From: Epiperipatus broadwayi
Lineage: Eukaryota > Animalia > Onychophora
DNA: 64,000 nucleotides
NCBI GenBank assembly: GCA_028023455.1
Contig: JAQFVV010000003.1
Location: forward strand, 19,158,001-19,222,000
Reading direction: 5' to 3'
Shown here: positions 39,518 to 52,230 of the stretch, in pieces
Position numbering within the stretch: the stretch's first letter is position 1
Layout: each line of letters begins with the position of its first letter
Notes under the pieces: generated by a model
Seen by the model: the letters and a program-made list of their open reading frames with translations, nothing else
Database searches by the model: none
Told to the model about the DNA's origin: nothing
Program-made: the position numbers and the translations under genes

Positions 39518-42333
39518 ACATGTTGGAAAGAAAGTTCATTGTCTCCAAAATTAAAGATCTTTAACCAAAGGTAATTATAGTAAATAGCAGTAGAATACTA
39601 TAACAAAGTGATAGCAGCTGATTGTCAGTGATAGTTTGCCATTGTTTTGCTAGCGTCAGTGCAGTTTATTTTTTCTCAGTTTTAGTCTTATATAAGAGTC
39701 ATTGAATTGTCAGTTTTTAGAGTCTGAAAGATTAGTCGAATTTTATTCAAAAAGGAAATAACTGTATTCATCGGGGATTATAATTTCTGTAAAACAATCA
39801 ATGATTGCAATCCTAATACTGTATCAACTTTTTAAAACTTCTGAGATATTAATCTTTAATATCAATCTAAGTGCAAATTCATCAACATTTGTTATTACTC
39901 TGTATGAGTTAATGCATTGATAAAGTATTAGACTAGAGTATAAGGGCATTGAATTTATTCCAGTTCTATCATTTATCAAGCATTCAAAATAATGTCTACC
40001 CTTTCTTCATAAGAATATTTCTCACCAATTTTTTACTATACATACAGATATCACAACATTCTAATACTTCTGTGGGCTTACTGTAAAACTCATTCCATTA
40101 AATTTTGCATTCATTTTAATAGTACCAGCATGCATTTTTCTTGGGTGCCTTTCTCTTCCAACTCCAACAGTCACATCATAAGCAATGAGTACAATAGTTG
40201 AATATGAAGTTGCAATGTGCGTCAATCCTACTTATAACTAGTATTTTCTGACAGGGAAGGTCAATTTATTAGAAAGAATCTGACTACACTATCTCTTAGT
40301 ATTCATTGATTTTAATCGTACTTATTAATTTTACTCAATGCTTAGTTATATATAAACTGAAAAAGAAAGTCTGTATATTGATTAATAATTATTATTTAGA
40401 GAGATCAGTGTTTTTCAACTTTTTTTTTTTTTTTTTGCAATGAGACCTACTTCTTATGTTATTTTAATATGGCTACTTTTAAATGTTTAGTAATATGAAA
40501 TTAGGCTATTTTTTAAATATGAATTGAACATGTTCAGGACCATCATTCACTTGCAATCCTCACTACATGAGAATTATGTTCTGAATACCATTTATTTTGC
40601 TATCAATTATTTTGATAATCGATTTTTTTTTTGTTTTTAATAGAAGCAAGAATAGGAGGAATGTCAACCAGAAATAAAGAACTGCTAATATAATTTTTAT
40701 ATTAAAAAACTGAAACTTTCAAATGAAATCCACTTTATATAAAAGAAGATTCTAATCACTTCGAATTTGTTCTTAAGTTTAAGAAAGCTAATGAAGTCAT
40801 CCTAAAAATCCTATGAGCCTGTTATGTGCTTAAATGCTCTGATGTTTATATTTTTGATTAACATCTATAAAACTTTTACTAGAATGATGAAAATGTATTT
40901 TTTATACATGTAGAATGTATTTTTGTCATAAATGTCTTTTTTTTTCAAGATTCAAGAAATTTATTTTCTAATCTATCTGTTTATTAGAAGAATACTTGCT
41001 CTTAAAAATACTTAGGCATTAATCATAACTGCAAACACATAATTCAATGTTGAGCATTGATTACTTTAACAGTTTAGTTCAGTTGATTTGTCCTCATTCA
41101 TTAAGAAGTATAAAAACTAACCAGATTAGATTGCGAGTTCCATTATGAAAAAAAAAATGTATATCTTACTGGCTGCTAACTAGAAAAGAAAAAAAACAAT
41201 ATTGTATTTTTTTTTTTCAATAAAGCCCACCCCAAGAAATACTGTAAAGTAATTATTAAAGTAATAAACATAAATTATTGTATTTTGGGGCATAAATTAT
41301 CTGAATAGGTATGCATAATACATATATAAAAGGTGCTTACATTATTTTTTAGAATACAGAAAATCACAATGTTGAAAAAACATTATTTTGTTTTTGAAGC
41401 CCAAATTAACTAAATGTATAAAAGTTAAAAAGAAATGCATAAGCTATCTGAAAAATTGTGCTGATACTTTTGAACTGTGGTCCTAGCTCCTGAATATTGT
41501 GTATAAAAAGGAAAATAAACTTTGGATATCTGATCAGATTAAAATTAAACTTTACCTTGAAGAACATCAGATTAAAATTGTCTTATATTAATCTTATTAT
41601 GTGTTTGTTTAATTCATGAAGATGAAGCAAAAAGAAAAAGGCTACCTTTGACATAAACTTTGTAACCACAATAATGAATGTAATGTTGAGTAACTTGAAA
41701 AAAAATTACTGGTAATATCATTCTGAATTGCCATTCTTAAGATCATCAGGAATAAGTTATAATGTGTATATGAAATCTTTAACTTCTAAGAAGTAGTTAA
41801 ATTCTAGATGTGAACTTTGCTCATACAATGTAGCAGATAACATATTAACTATAATACATTTTCATAGGGGAAGTTCTTTGACTAAACTTTGAAAACTTAG
41901 AATTTTGATAATAAGAGAGTATTTTTGTCATTCCTATACACCAAGAAAATGTCACATTACTTTCTGCTTGTGTTCAATCCACTTTTAAAAGCTATCTCGT
42001 AATTCTTCTTGTAAGTCACATCCCTAGACTAGTTTCTAATTTGCAATATTGAGAGCTTCTGAACCTAATGTATTTACATCAATTAGCCATCTTTTACTTC
42101 TTTTTAAAAAAATACTATTGATTGTATGGAATGGGATGTTTTGATATATGCCATTCTAACTAAAACAGAATTTTGTAAATTAATCGCTGCCTTAAATTCA
42201 GGTCTATATGACTACACAAATGATTGGCATGAATTAAAGCATTAGAATGTATTTGAATTTAAAACTATTAACTTATTAATATAAAAGAAATAAAGGCAGC
42301 TGCTTTATCTTAGAAGCATTAAATCTTCAAGTC

Positions 42334-42368
42334 CTCACTGATGATTCTAAATAAGAAACATGTATTAG
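42334..42368 (+). ncRNA. Possible minimal hammerhead motif, weak stems
   Basis: CTCA CTGATGA TTCTAAATAA GAA ACATGT A TTAG. The core and palindromic stem III are present, but stem II has only ~2 bp and stem I has one mismatch. Confidence 0.4.
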
Positions 42369-42685
42369 CACTATCATTTGGTATCCAATGGATGGTTCTG
42401 AAGTAGAATAAGTGCAACTTTTCCTATATGTGTATCAATGCTATAAATGACAGATTGTCTTTCTTTCTCATTATTTGGAAAAATATTTGTTGTAATTTTT
42501 TTAGGTTCTTTCATTATTAATAGTATGTTCTATTACATATGATTATTTTTAGATAATATTCACTTACTGGCTGAAATTTGACTGCGCTGGTAAAGCTTTT
42601 GTATTTGGAAATTTATGTTATAAACTTAATAGAAATATATATCATAGAGATTTTTTTCTAATATATTTTTTTCCTTTTCTTTAGA

Positions 42686-44302
42686 ATGAACACAATGGAT
42701 AGCAAAGCAGCTACAGAGTTCTTTAGCAAGCAGTTCAAGCTACGTGGTGAACAAATAATTCACATTAACAGTTTACAAGGGCATTTAGGACAAGCATCTA
42801 AAAGTGTTAGAAAATATGTATTAAGCTTTAAAACGTTCAATGATTTTTTAAGTCGTCATAATGATATTTTTCAAATTCATAAAAATAACGTCACATTACT
42901 TACAAAAACAGAAAATTGTACACTTGTTAAATATCTTAAAGAAACTTTGCAGAAAGTTGTCTGTCTAACTTTTAAAAATATTATCGATTTGAAAGCAATT
43001 CTTTCTGCTGAAGATTGTTTAAAATTGGGAGATGGAGAAGAAGGGATTATGGCATTTCTGGTAAAAAACTATCGTATATTCCGAATTTTTAGAGATAGAC
43101 GAATATGTCTGCGTGCAACTATCGATGCAAATATTATTAAAAACCTTGTTATTTTAATGAATAAAAAAAATTCAATTTCTTTTAAAAATATACCGGGTTA
43201 TTTGAGTAGATTGAATTCAGAAGAAAGAAATTGGTTAGGAAATAATGAAGTTGCTTTACAGAATTATTTGAAAGATAATATTAATGTATTTATTATTAAT
43301 ACTGAAAGTCTTTCTTTAATACCTAGTATTACATGTGAATTTAATCATCTAACGGATAAAAAGATTCATTACAATACTGTGCCTATAATTACAAGTAATG
43401 CAAATACAGAAATGAAAACAAATGATAATCTAAAATCTGAACCGTCTCCAGCTCATCAATCCACAGAGATGATTTCAGGATATGGAAAGGTTATACAGCT
43501 TGCTAATAATTGTGGTACAATTGTAACTGAAGATAATCAATTTGTTTATTTTGGAATGCAAACATTTGAAAACAATTCTGATTTTCTTTCACAAGACATT
43601 CTAAAAATAGGTGATGCAGTATCTTTCAAAGCTAAAATAAATTCTATTGATAATAAATATCAAGCAACTCAGACATCGCGCTGTCTTTATTCAGATTATG
43701 CAAATATTACAAGCACATTTACTTATTTAACACCGAGTCCAAATGGTTTCATTTCTGGAGGTACAGGATCAATATGTTTATCAAGTCCTGATTATGGTTA
43801 CATTAATGTCACAAATAAAACACAAATATATTTTTCTGTTGAAGTATGTTACTACCATCAAACAAAAGTTTCAAATCTGTTTGAATCTTATCATGAAAAT
43901 GAAAGTGTCCGTTTTGATGCTATAGCAAGTGATGATTTTAAACCTTTTAAATGGAGAGCTACATTAGTCTGGATAGGAATAAAGCCTAATCTAGTCTCAA
44001 ATAATCCCAGTTCAAAAGAAATATCACAGGATCATACAATCGCAAGTGTAAATTCACCTCATGTTATTTCACAAGAATCTTCTTGTGAGAAGAACTCTGA
44101 GCAAAAAATTGATCAACTGTCATCAGAGTCATTTTCAAAAAGAAATGACTTTGTAAATGAAATAAAATTACAGCCACAGATAAGTTCTGATTTAAAAAAT
44201 GTTGGTAACTCAAAGTCTATAAAAACTAAAACTATTGTTGCCGAGTGTCAAACTGTTTCTACAGGTGAAATATTGTCTTTCAGTTTATACTTAAATGACT
44301 AA
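42686..44302 (+). CDS. Egalitarian-related protein, paralog 2: 3 winged-helix (LOTUS-like) repeats, 2 cold-shock/OB-like repeats, C-terminal LC8-type QT motif
   Basis: Intact 538-aa ORF. First repeat INSLQGHLGQASKSVR..FNDFLSRHNDIF resembles the recalled Egl repeat IKSLLGHRSQASPQVR..FTDFL.KH.D.F. OB-like repeats at ~43478-43987 end in KWRATLVWIGIKP. C-terminus AECQTVSTGEILSFSLYL. Strong acceptor TTTTTTCCTTTTCTTTAG at 42667-42684 and AATAAA at 44322-44327. Confidence 0.8.
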   Translation: MNTMDSKAATEFFSKQFKLRGEQIIHINSLQGHLGQASKSVRKYVLSFKTFNDFLSRHNDIFQIHKNNVTLLTKTENCTLVKYLKETLQKVVCLTFKNIIDLKAILSAEDCLKLGDGEEGIMAFLVKNYRIFRIFRDRRICLRATIDANIIKNLVILMNKKNSISFKNIPGYLSRLNSEERNWLGNNEVALQNYLKDNINVFIINTESLSLIPSITCEFNHLTDKKIHYNTVPIITSNANTEMKTNDNLKSEPSPAHQSTEMISGYGKVIQLANNCGTIVTEDNQFVYFGMQTFENNSDFLSQDILKIGDAVSFKAKINSIDNKYQATQTSRCLYSDYANITSTFTYLTPSPNGFISGGTGSICLSSPDYGYINVTNKTQIYFSVEVCYYHQTKVSNLFESYHENESVRFDAIASDDFKPFKWRATLVWIGIKPNLVSNNPSSKEISQDHTIASVNSPHVISQESSCEKNSEQKIDQLSSESFSKRNDFVNEIKLQPQISSDLKNVGNSKSIKTKTIVAECQTVSTGEILSFSLYLND

Positions 44303-46757
44303 TTGAAGTTAATTTGCTGAAAATAAAATAGTGCATTTTGTTTATATATATATTTTTTCTATATAATTTTGTTATAATTGTACAATTTTATTTTGAGATC
44401 AAAGGATTGGCTCATTAAAGTTTACGAGATCTTAAAGTAAATTGTATGAAATGGTTGGCAGGCAATGACAAACATTATAACTGATGATGAACAATTGTTA
44501 TCACTTGATCATATAACTCTATTTTCTAATTAGTCGACTTGCTTTTAGGCAGAGAATATATATATACATTCTTAAAATTTGAATTAAATTGACGAATAAA
44601 GACTTTTTAATATAAAAGTTTTTAGTTATTAATCTATGAAGTTATTATTACAGAACTGGAATCTGAAATTATGTTTTTCTTCTGTACTACTTGATGTTAT
44701 AATACTGTTTTTGTGAGGGAATAACAATATTATGAGGTATGATTGTACATTTTTGTAAAAGTAATGCTTCATCACAATCCAATATGATACTATTACACTT
44801 ACAAAGAATTGTCACAATGTTTTGTGGGACTGATGATGTGTTAATTTAATGCTGCACAAATATAATCTTACCTGATTTTTTTTTTGTCAGGGGGGTGAAG
44901 CTGATTGCACTAAATTTTTTGTATGGATGGTGAAATTTTCACATTCTTGAATTTATTGTAAACTTTTACAGGTGTATTCATAGATTAGACTATTATCAGA
45001 CTAATGATATAATTTTGCAATGCACAGGCAAGACTTAGTTCCTAAAATTTTAGATACTGAAACTCTTACAAAAGTAAATTTTAACAATTTATAATTTGAA
45101 GTACCGAAGGTTATAAAAATAAATTGTATTGGCATGTGATTTAAATGCATAGTGTAGTGAAAAATGAGTTACCATCGTGCATTAGTAATAGTTGGCTATA
45201 GTTTTTTAATGAAAAGTCTAAATTATTTCAGCATAAAATTATTATGAGGTAATACTGTTTATACAAACAAAGGTATTATCTATTGCATTACTTTTTAATT
45301 ATAATCTTGCCTAAAACTCTTTTAAAATTTATGATTTTTTTTTTTGTCAAAAAAAAATTCAAAGATCTAGAATAAAATAATTCAGTTCCAATACTCTGGA
45401 GTCTTGTCAGAACTCTTCCATTTGAAGTTAAAGTCTGCATACAAGTATAGTCACATTTGTAGAAGATGATGATTTTGGTCTATCAACTTAAGTGCAATTC
45501 TTTTTTTTGCCTAAACTAATCACAGTACAAAATCCAAGAAAAATAGTTAAATGTTCTGAAGCTCAAGCATTGTGGCAATCTGACGATTTATAGATTTTGA
45601 GATCTGTCAACGTATTAGATCATGCAAGCTAGAAAAGCCAACACTAAAAACTGACTGCCTTAACAAAATTTTTTTAAACATCTAATCGGTACTTAATTCC
45701 AGGTTTTTCTAATACATCATTAAAATGGGTAAGTAATATAATTACATTAGGCAGAATAATTTATAGCAATAAAAATTAGGACCAAAGATTTTAATTTTTA
45801 ATAAAAAAAATTAATTAAATAAAAAAAAATGGTGAGAAAGAAAATAAAAAAGATGTATCTGCTAAAAGATATATCAAACCAAATTATCTTCTCTGAGGCT
45901 TTCTATTCATTTTAGTCTGCAAACACTTGCTTAATTCTTTCCATAATTTCATCAGTCAATTTCTTTTATCTTCAACAGTTTTTTTTTTTTTTTTAATATA
46001 TCTTTTATAAATAATTTGTTTTTATATACATGACCAGCCCAATTCTTCCAGTTATTAATTTTCTTGATTAGCTTTTATTTGTCAAAAAATAGTCTTTCAA
46101 AGCTTCTATATTACTTTGCTTTCCAACTTTTTTTTCATTCGACTCCAAATTCATTTGCAGTCTTTATTTTTCTGTTAGTATTAAGCTACATTCCAAATCA
46201 ACCATTTAACAAATCTAGCTTCAATGGGATACAGAAGATCCACTCATTCTTATTAAATATGTTTTGCTTTTTATTTTATTTTAAAGTTTGTATTTATTTT
46301 CATTTCAAATCTTCATAAATTTCATCAATATTTAATGTTTTGTTAATCTTGTACTGCCTGTGTCCCATTACTAGCAAATGTAATATGATGAATCTTCCTA
46401 TCTCTAGTGATTAATAACTTTTCCAGGTAAATATTAAAAATAAATCAGGAGATAAACAACATCTGTGTCTTATATTTATTTTGTAAAAAGATATAAATTC
46501 ATATATAATTTTTTTAATAAATATCTTCAAGTTTGATGTTTTATATATATATAAGAAACCCAATTTTTTCAATTGAATGCCTTTTTGAGATAATAATGAT
46601 GTGAATGAGGATAATGCAGAATAAGATGATATATGTAATAGACATAACTCTGAGTTATAAATTAGGAAAAGATATATCTTATTTTTATAATATGCTAAAA
46701 GATTACTTAAATGTATTTATAAAATAGACAATTTATTTCTAAGTTTAAAATTTAAAA

Positions 46758-47900
46758 AATTTGAAACCATGGTTTTTTTGCAGATATTGTTTTGGTTTTT
46801 TTTTTTACTATAAATTCTAATTAGTTCATCCAGGATGGTAGTTAAATAGGATATACAGTAGATCAGGATAGGTCATACAACATGGTTCATATTTTTCCTC
46901 ATGGCATGATTAAATAAGACAATGGCAGGTTTTAGTAAATTTCAGCATTAATTTCTGGATTCTATTGCATCATTCTGGGTAATTTGATTAATGTGATGGT
47001 TGTTTTCTAGCAACTTAGATAGTCTTCCTCTGGATAATGTCATACTTGCCATGATAGATCTTAATTTCAGTAAGGCATGGCAATCCAAACTATAGTGGAG
47101 AACTATTTTAATCAGTATTTTCCTTCTCTTCATGGGATCACTAAAACACTACTTCTTGAGTTAAGGCTTGGAATAGACTAGACTAGACTGACAGGTTTTT
47201 GTTTCTGACCCATTTATACCCCACTTGTTATTTTTCATGCTTATCGCTGTACTAAATGAATGTTTTCAAAACAAGACCCTTATGAAAATCTATTTTCTAG
47301 ATTAAATATCTGTTTACTTACAACAACATGTTTATTGACAAACATTTTCTTCCTTTCTTAAATTATGATATTGTAAACCATATATATAGTTTCTCTTTTT
47401 TTGTTTTTATTTTACGATAGTGATAGAAATGAAAAAAAAAAAATCATTGCTGACTTAAAATTGATTGAAAACTTTCTTAATTTTAGTAACTCCTAATTTT
47501 GAGTAACATATTTAAATTTGCAATTCAACTTACTATAAGAATGGGTAAATTATTCATTTAAAGCCTAATTCGAAGACAAATCAGAAAGGGTCACAAAACA
47601 CTTTATATTTTTATAAACTACTCAATTCAAAATTCTTCCTTGCATCAAAACTATTTTTCTCTCTTCCTTTATATAATACAAGTTATAAAGTTTATTTTGT
47701 TTTCACTTTTACAAAATATATTTCTTTTATAAAAATATTTAATAACATTATATAAAAAAAAATCTATAGACCAATTTTTTTTCTCTTGAATTACCTAAAC
47801 CTGTGTAATTAAGTGAGTATGTTATATCTAGTATGTGCGCATACACACATAGCAATTTATACATTTATTTATTTTTACTATGTGGCTTTGTAATGTAATT
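46758..47900. repeat. Unclassified ~1.15-kb repeat with decayed minus-strand coding, copy 1
   Basis: Colinear with ~51031-52230 (TTTGAAACCATGGTTTT start; TTGAGTTAAGGCTTGG; ATCGCTGTACT). Shared peptide remnant TTITLIKLPRMMQ.NPEINAE vs TTTLVKIPRLMQSDPEINAE. Boundaries approximate. Confidence 0.8.
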
Positions 47901-48399
47901 AACCTTTAATTTTGATTTATTTCTCTACTAGTTAATATGTGCTAGTCACTTTTTTAAAACATATTGTTTTATGAATATACCAATATATAAGTAAACAGAA
48001 CATATATATTCATGATTTCACTGTTTAGAGATTTGCTTTATATTGAACTGTATAAAGAATTGAATAGGATTTCAAATCTCGATTCATTAAAAAATTCAAC
48101 CAATACTACCTTAAAATATGCAATGAAGCATGAACACTAGAAGGATTGCCTGTTTGATTTTTTTTTTAAGTTAGCTACAATACACTAATATCAATAACAT
48201 TTGAAAATTAAGCCTTATTCTTTTTTGAGTCCTAGAATCTGATAAATTCATAACCAAATTCTATTACATTTCTTGAAGTTGAACATATCTATACAAACTT
48301 TGATAGGAAAAAAAATTTTTTTCTCTACAGAAATCAATCTAATTATTGATCATATTTTTCATAGTTATTGACACCATCTACTTATCATTTAAATTATTA

Positions 48400-49830
48400 C
48401 TTTTTTTAAATCAATATAAGTCACTCTTGCTTTTCTAGCAAGCTGATAATTTCTCCTTTTGGTAATTTTAATTGTCACTTTCTACATTGTCATATATTGT
48501 AAATCTTAACACATTACAAGTAATTTTCTCCTTAAATCATTTGTACTTTTAACAGATCCAAGGTCGGCAGTGAATAAGCCATTCTTTATTTTTCTAAAAT
48601 CAAGTTTTATCTCTCTCTAGATATTTCTTTAATAGGTGGAAATATCATTTGGGATCACCTGAAAAATCTTAACATTCTTTTCATCCTGGAGTTGATCTTT
48701 TACGTTTTCTCTTTTCCATTTTTCTTTTTCATTCCTCACCCTGGCAATGGATGATCTGTCAAGAACAGGTTCAAAGTCAGAATACTATTAGAGTATTTTA
48801 CCTGTTTTGATCTTCATATATTACTTAGCAGTTTTATTTTATAGCCTTTACAATGTCTAGCACTTCTGTTTATAATTTTCTTCACTTATTCTTCTTCATT
48901 ATTCCTGCTTTTAATATTTAGGCAGCAGAAATCATCTTCTGGCTTAATGCAAAAAGCCTTAAAAGATTCATTAAACAATGAATTTTGCCACTCATCTATA
49001 AGATTTTAAGTTTTATTACCTCTACAACTACTTCTATATCATGTTATAACAAGTCATCACATAAAACTTTTCCTAACTGCTCATTTATAATAGTTTTTTC
49101 TCTTTTTACTTCATGAAGTTGTTGACTTTTATCCTCACTATTTATTTTACGTGTACTTTCATCTAAAATATCCAGAACACTATTAGATTTATAATCTTGT
49201 ATTACTTCATTTTGTAAAATCTTCTCTACATCAGTGTGTGTTTTCATGGATACCAGAATTTGGACTTTCGCTTCTCTAGCATTATCACTTTTATTGGAAT
49301 GAGATCCTTTCATTGTGCTTGTTATATTCTCCAACCTTTTCAACCTCTGTCATATTGTTGTTAGTTTCTCTATGTTTTGCCTAATTTCAACAGGATTTAT
49401 TGGCACCTTCCTCTTCATGTGCCACTTCAAAGTTTTCTTTAATTTTTTTAAGCCTTTTTTCATTTCTATGTTGCATTTCTTTCATAAATTCAGTATATCT
49501 CTTTAGTCACTTTTCTTCAAACTTTAGTTGCCTATTAACCCATTTTTTCCACAATTCTTTTTTAAAATTCTTTCATAAATATGCACAACATTTCAATATT
49601 AAATATGCTTTGTTTCTTTTCTAAAGGCTTTTGCATTGTCTGAATGCCTTCTTGTTCTTTCAGTTCTGATTCCATTGGCTGTACCAGCTTGGGTTCCGGA
49701 TGGATCCATGTTTAGTGGTGCCTTGTTACTGAATGTATTACCATCTAAATGTTCTATAATATTTTTACTAATTATGCCATTACTGTGTTACTTACCTCTT
49801 TACGCAGATTTACAAACTTAAATATTTTTA
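48400..49830 (-). pseudogene. Decayed coiled-coil-rich ORF, possibly a LINE ORF1/gag-like remnant
   Basis: K/E-rich ORF pieces on the minus strand (49044-49343 and flanks) with stops. No diagnostic motif recognised. Confidence 0.35.
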
Positions 49831-50853
49831 TATATACTCTATCATTGAATAAACATATCTGTCTCAATTCTTCTTATGCAATCCTCTTCAGAATAATGTA
49901 ATACACCCGCCTTGATATTTATTAATTTTTTAATATACTGCCATTTATTAAATATTACCCTGCCTACCTACTCTCAAACTACTGCTTTCATAAAATGTTA
50001 GTACATATATGTTTTATAAACACTAATCTTGTTTTTCATTTCAAACATTTATTACAAGTTACTTATTATACAGCAAATATGCTCAATTTATTCATGCTCT
50101 CATATTCAATACATTATGTGACTGTAGAGAAGCGAAACTAAGATGAAGAGAGGCAATATTCAGGTCACATGATTGGTTGCACCAATATATAATGGTAATT
50201 TTGGCTGATCCTAAAGACAATGATAATTTTTGACTGTTTCAAATAAATATAATGGAACATTAAATGAGCAAAAATAAATATTTATGAAATGATTAATATA
50301 CATTCAAATAAAAATGGTTAACTGCAAATATAAATGGTAATATTAACCAGACATCTGTGATTATGATGATTAATAACATACAACCTAGCACTGGAGATTA
50401 AAGTAAATAAAATTACTCCAAAAGCATTTTAATTTGTTAAGGTGACAAATCTTCTAAATGGAAAGTTTACTTTTGGAAAATTTATTAATGCTTGATCATC
50501 ATCATTTATAAATTATTACCATTTTTCCTGCATGTTACCCAGTGAATTGCATGATTTCTCAGGGTTGTGGATATTAATAGCATAATGAAAGTTAATAGCA
50601 TAATGGTTAGAGTGAGTTTGATAAGTAAACACAAACTAAATTGATTAATAAAAATAAGTTAACAACTTATTAACAATAGATATATAAAATTGTTGCTTAT
50701 GTATTTGCAACTATTCCTAAGTATAATAAATAACATACAAAATAGTAAAGATAATAAAAATAATAATTATTAGAGATATTTTAAACTTAAGGCCTTAGAA
50801 TAATTACATTGTAATCCTCAAACTTATTTATTAAGTGTATAGGACATATGTAA

Positions 50854-51000
50854 TTAAATAGAAAGGATTTCACATATGTGCCGTAATAATTTATATAAGC
50901 TCAACAATGCTGTGTGAGAGTTTCCTTATACTCAACACAGCATTGTTGAGATATAAATTATTAGGTGCTTATGTGAAAAGGTAAAATCTTTTCTATTTAA
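50854..51000. repeat. Imperfect hairpin (~147 nt)
   Basis: Perfect 16-bp stem CTCAACAATGCTGTGT (50900-50915) / ACACAGCATTGTTGAG (50935-50950), extended by AATAATTTATAT/ATATAAATTATT and TTAAATAGAAA/TTTCTATTTAA. Confidence 0.85.
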
Positions 51001-51030
51001 TAATTATATTGATAAGATCTTACCAAGTAT

Positions 51031-52230
51031 AAAGTTTGAAACCATGGTTTTGTCAGTTATCATTTTACTATATTAATAAATGTTTTAATTAGTTCATCTA
51101 GGATGGTAGTTATCCTCTTTAGGCATTGGTGACATTAGGTAGGGGTATGCAGTAGGCATTGTTAGGTCTTATGGCATAGCTCATTTCTTTCCTCATAGCA
51201 TGATTAAAGCAAAGGATGGTTAGTTTCAGCAAACTTCAGCATTAATCTCTGGGTCTGATTGCATCAGTCTAGGTATTTTGACTAGTGTCGTTGTTGGTTC
51301 TAACCACACATGCTATGTTGTCTTTGGCTAGATAAGATCATCATACTTGCTGTTATAAATGGAGTATTGAACAATTCTTTAAACAGTCAGCAAGGTACAG
51401 CTATTCAAGTTATTCAGTGGAAAACTGTTTTATCCAACAGTTTATTTTCTCTTTATGGTACCATTGCAACACTGCTTTTGAGTTAAGGCTTGGTATAGAC
51501 TGGACTGCTGTAAGTGTTCATTTCTGACTTATTTATACCTTACTTGTTTTCTTTTTCACAGCCATCGCTGTACTCAATGAATGTTTTCCAAACAACAGCT
51601 GTATCAGTTTTATCTGAAAACATCTTACTAATTATAGGCATAAATATTCTCACAACATGTTGTGGAAACAAATAATTTTATATATACTTTTAAATTATAT
51701 CATTATTTGATAACTAAATGAACAAAAGAAAAAAAATGTTTTTTTTATTTGCATTAGTGATAGAAAGAGAAAAAAATATTACCAACTTTTAAAAATTGAT
51801 CGATCACTTTCTTAATTTTAATAATCTCTAATTTTCAATAATATTATATTTGCTATTTAGTTTATTATAAGAGTGGGCAAATCATTTATTTAAAGCCTAT
51901 ATACAAGGCAATTCAAAAAGGATCACAAAAATATTTTACCTTTTATAAACTGTGCAATTTAAATTCTTGCACACCTCAAAATTATTATTTTTTTTACTTT
52001 TTTTACATAGTATAAATTACACATTTTTAAAAATTCTTTTCACTTTTATAATATATATATATATTTTATGTAAAAATATTTAATAACATTATATAAAAAA
52101 GTCTATAGACCTTTTTTTCTTCTTTTAATTGCCTATATCAATGTACTTAAGTGATACATATGTTATATCTAGTATGATCACATACAGCAATTTATTTATT
52201 TTTTTGACTATGCAATTTTGTAATACTAAT
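51031..52230. repeat. Unclassified ~1.2-kb repeat, copy 2
   Basis: Direct-orientation homolog of ~46758-47900. Boundaries approximate. Confidence 0.8.

Noticed and set aside
44479-44860. CTGATGA motifs at ~44488 and ~44830 downstream of paralog 2
   Set aside because: No correctly placed GAAA or stem I. A 7-mer is expected by chance several times in 64 kb.
44970-45030. Possible small exon (CIHRLDYYQTNDIILQCT) with a GC donor
   Set aside because: Single unsupported candidate with no partner exons identified.
46758-52230. The 1.2-kb direct repeats as LTRs or as an autonomous Penelope element
   Set aside because: No LTR termini, and no RT or GIY-YIG motif recognised. No autonomous PLE was found anywhere in the window.
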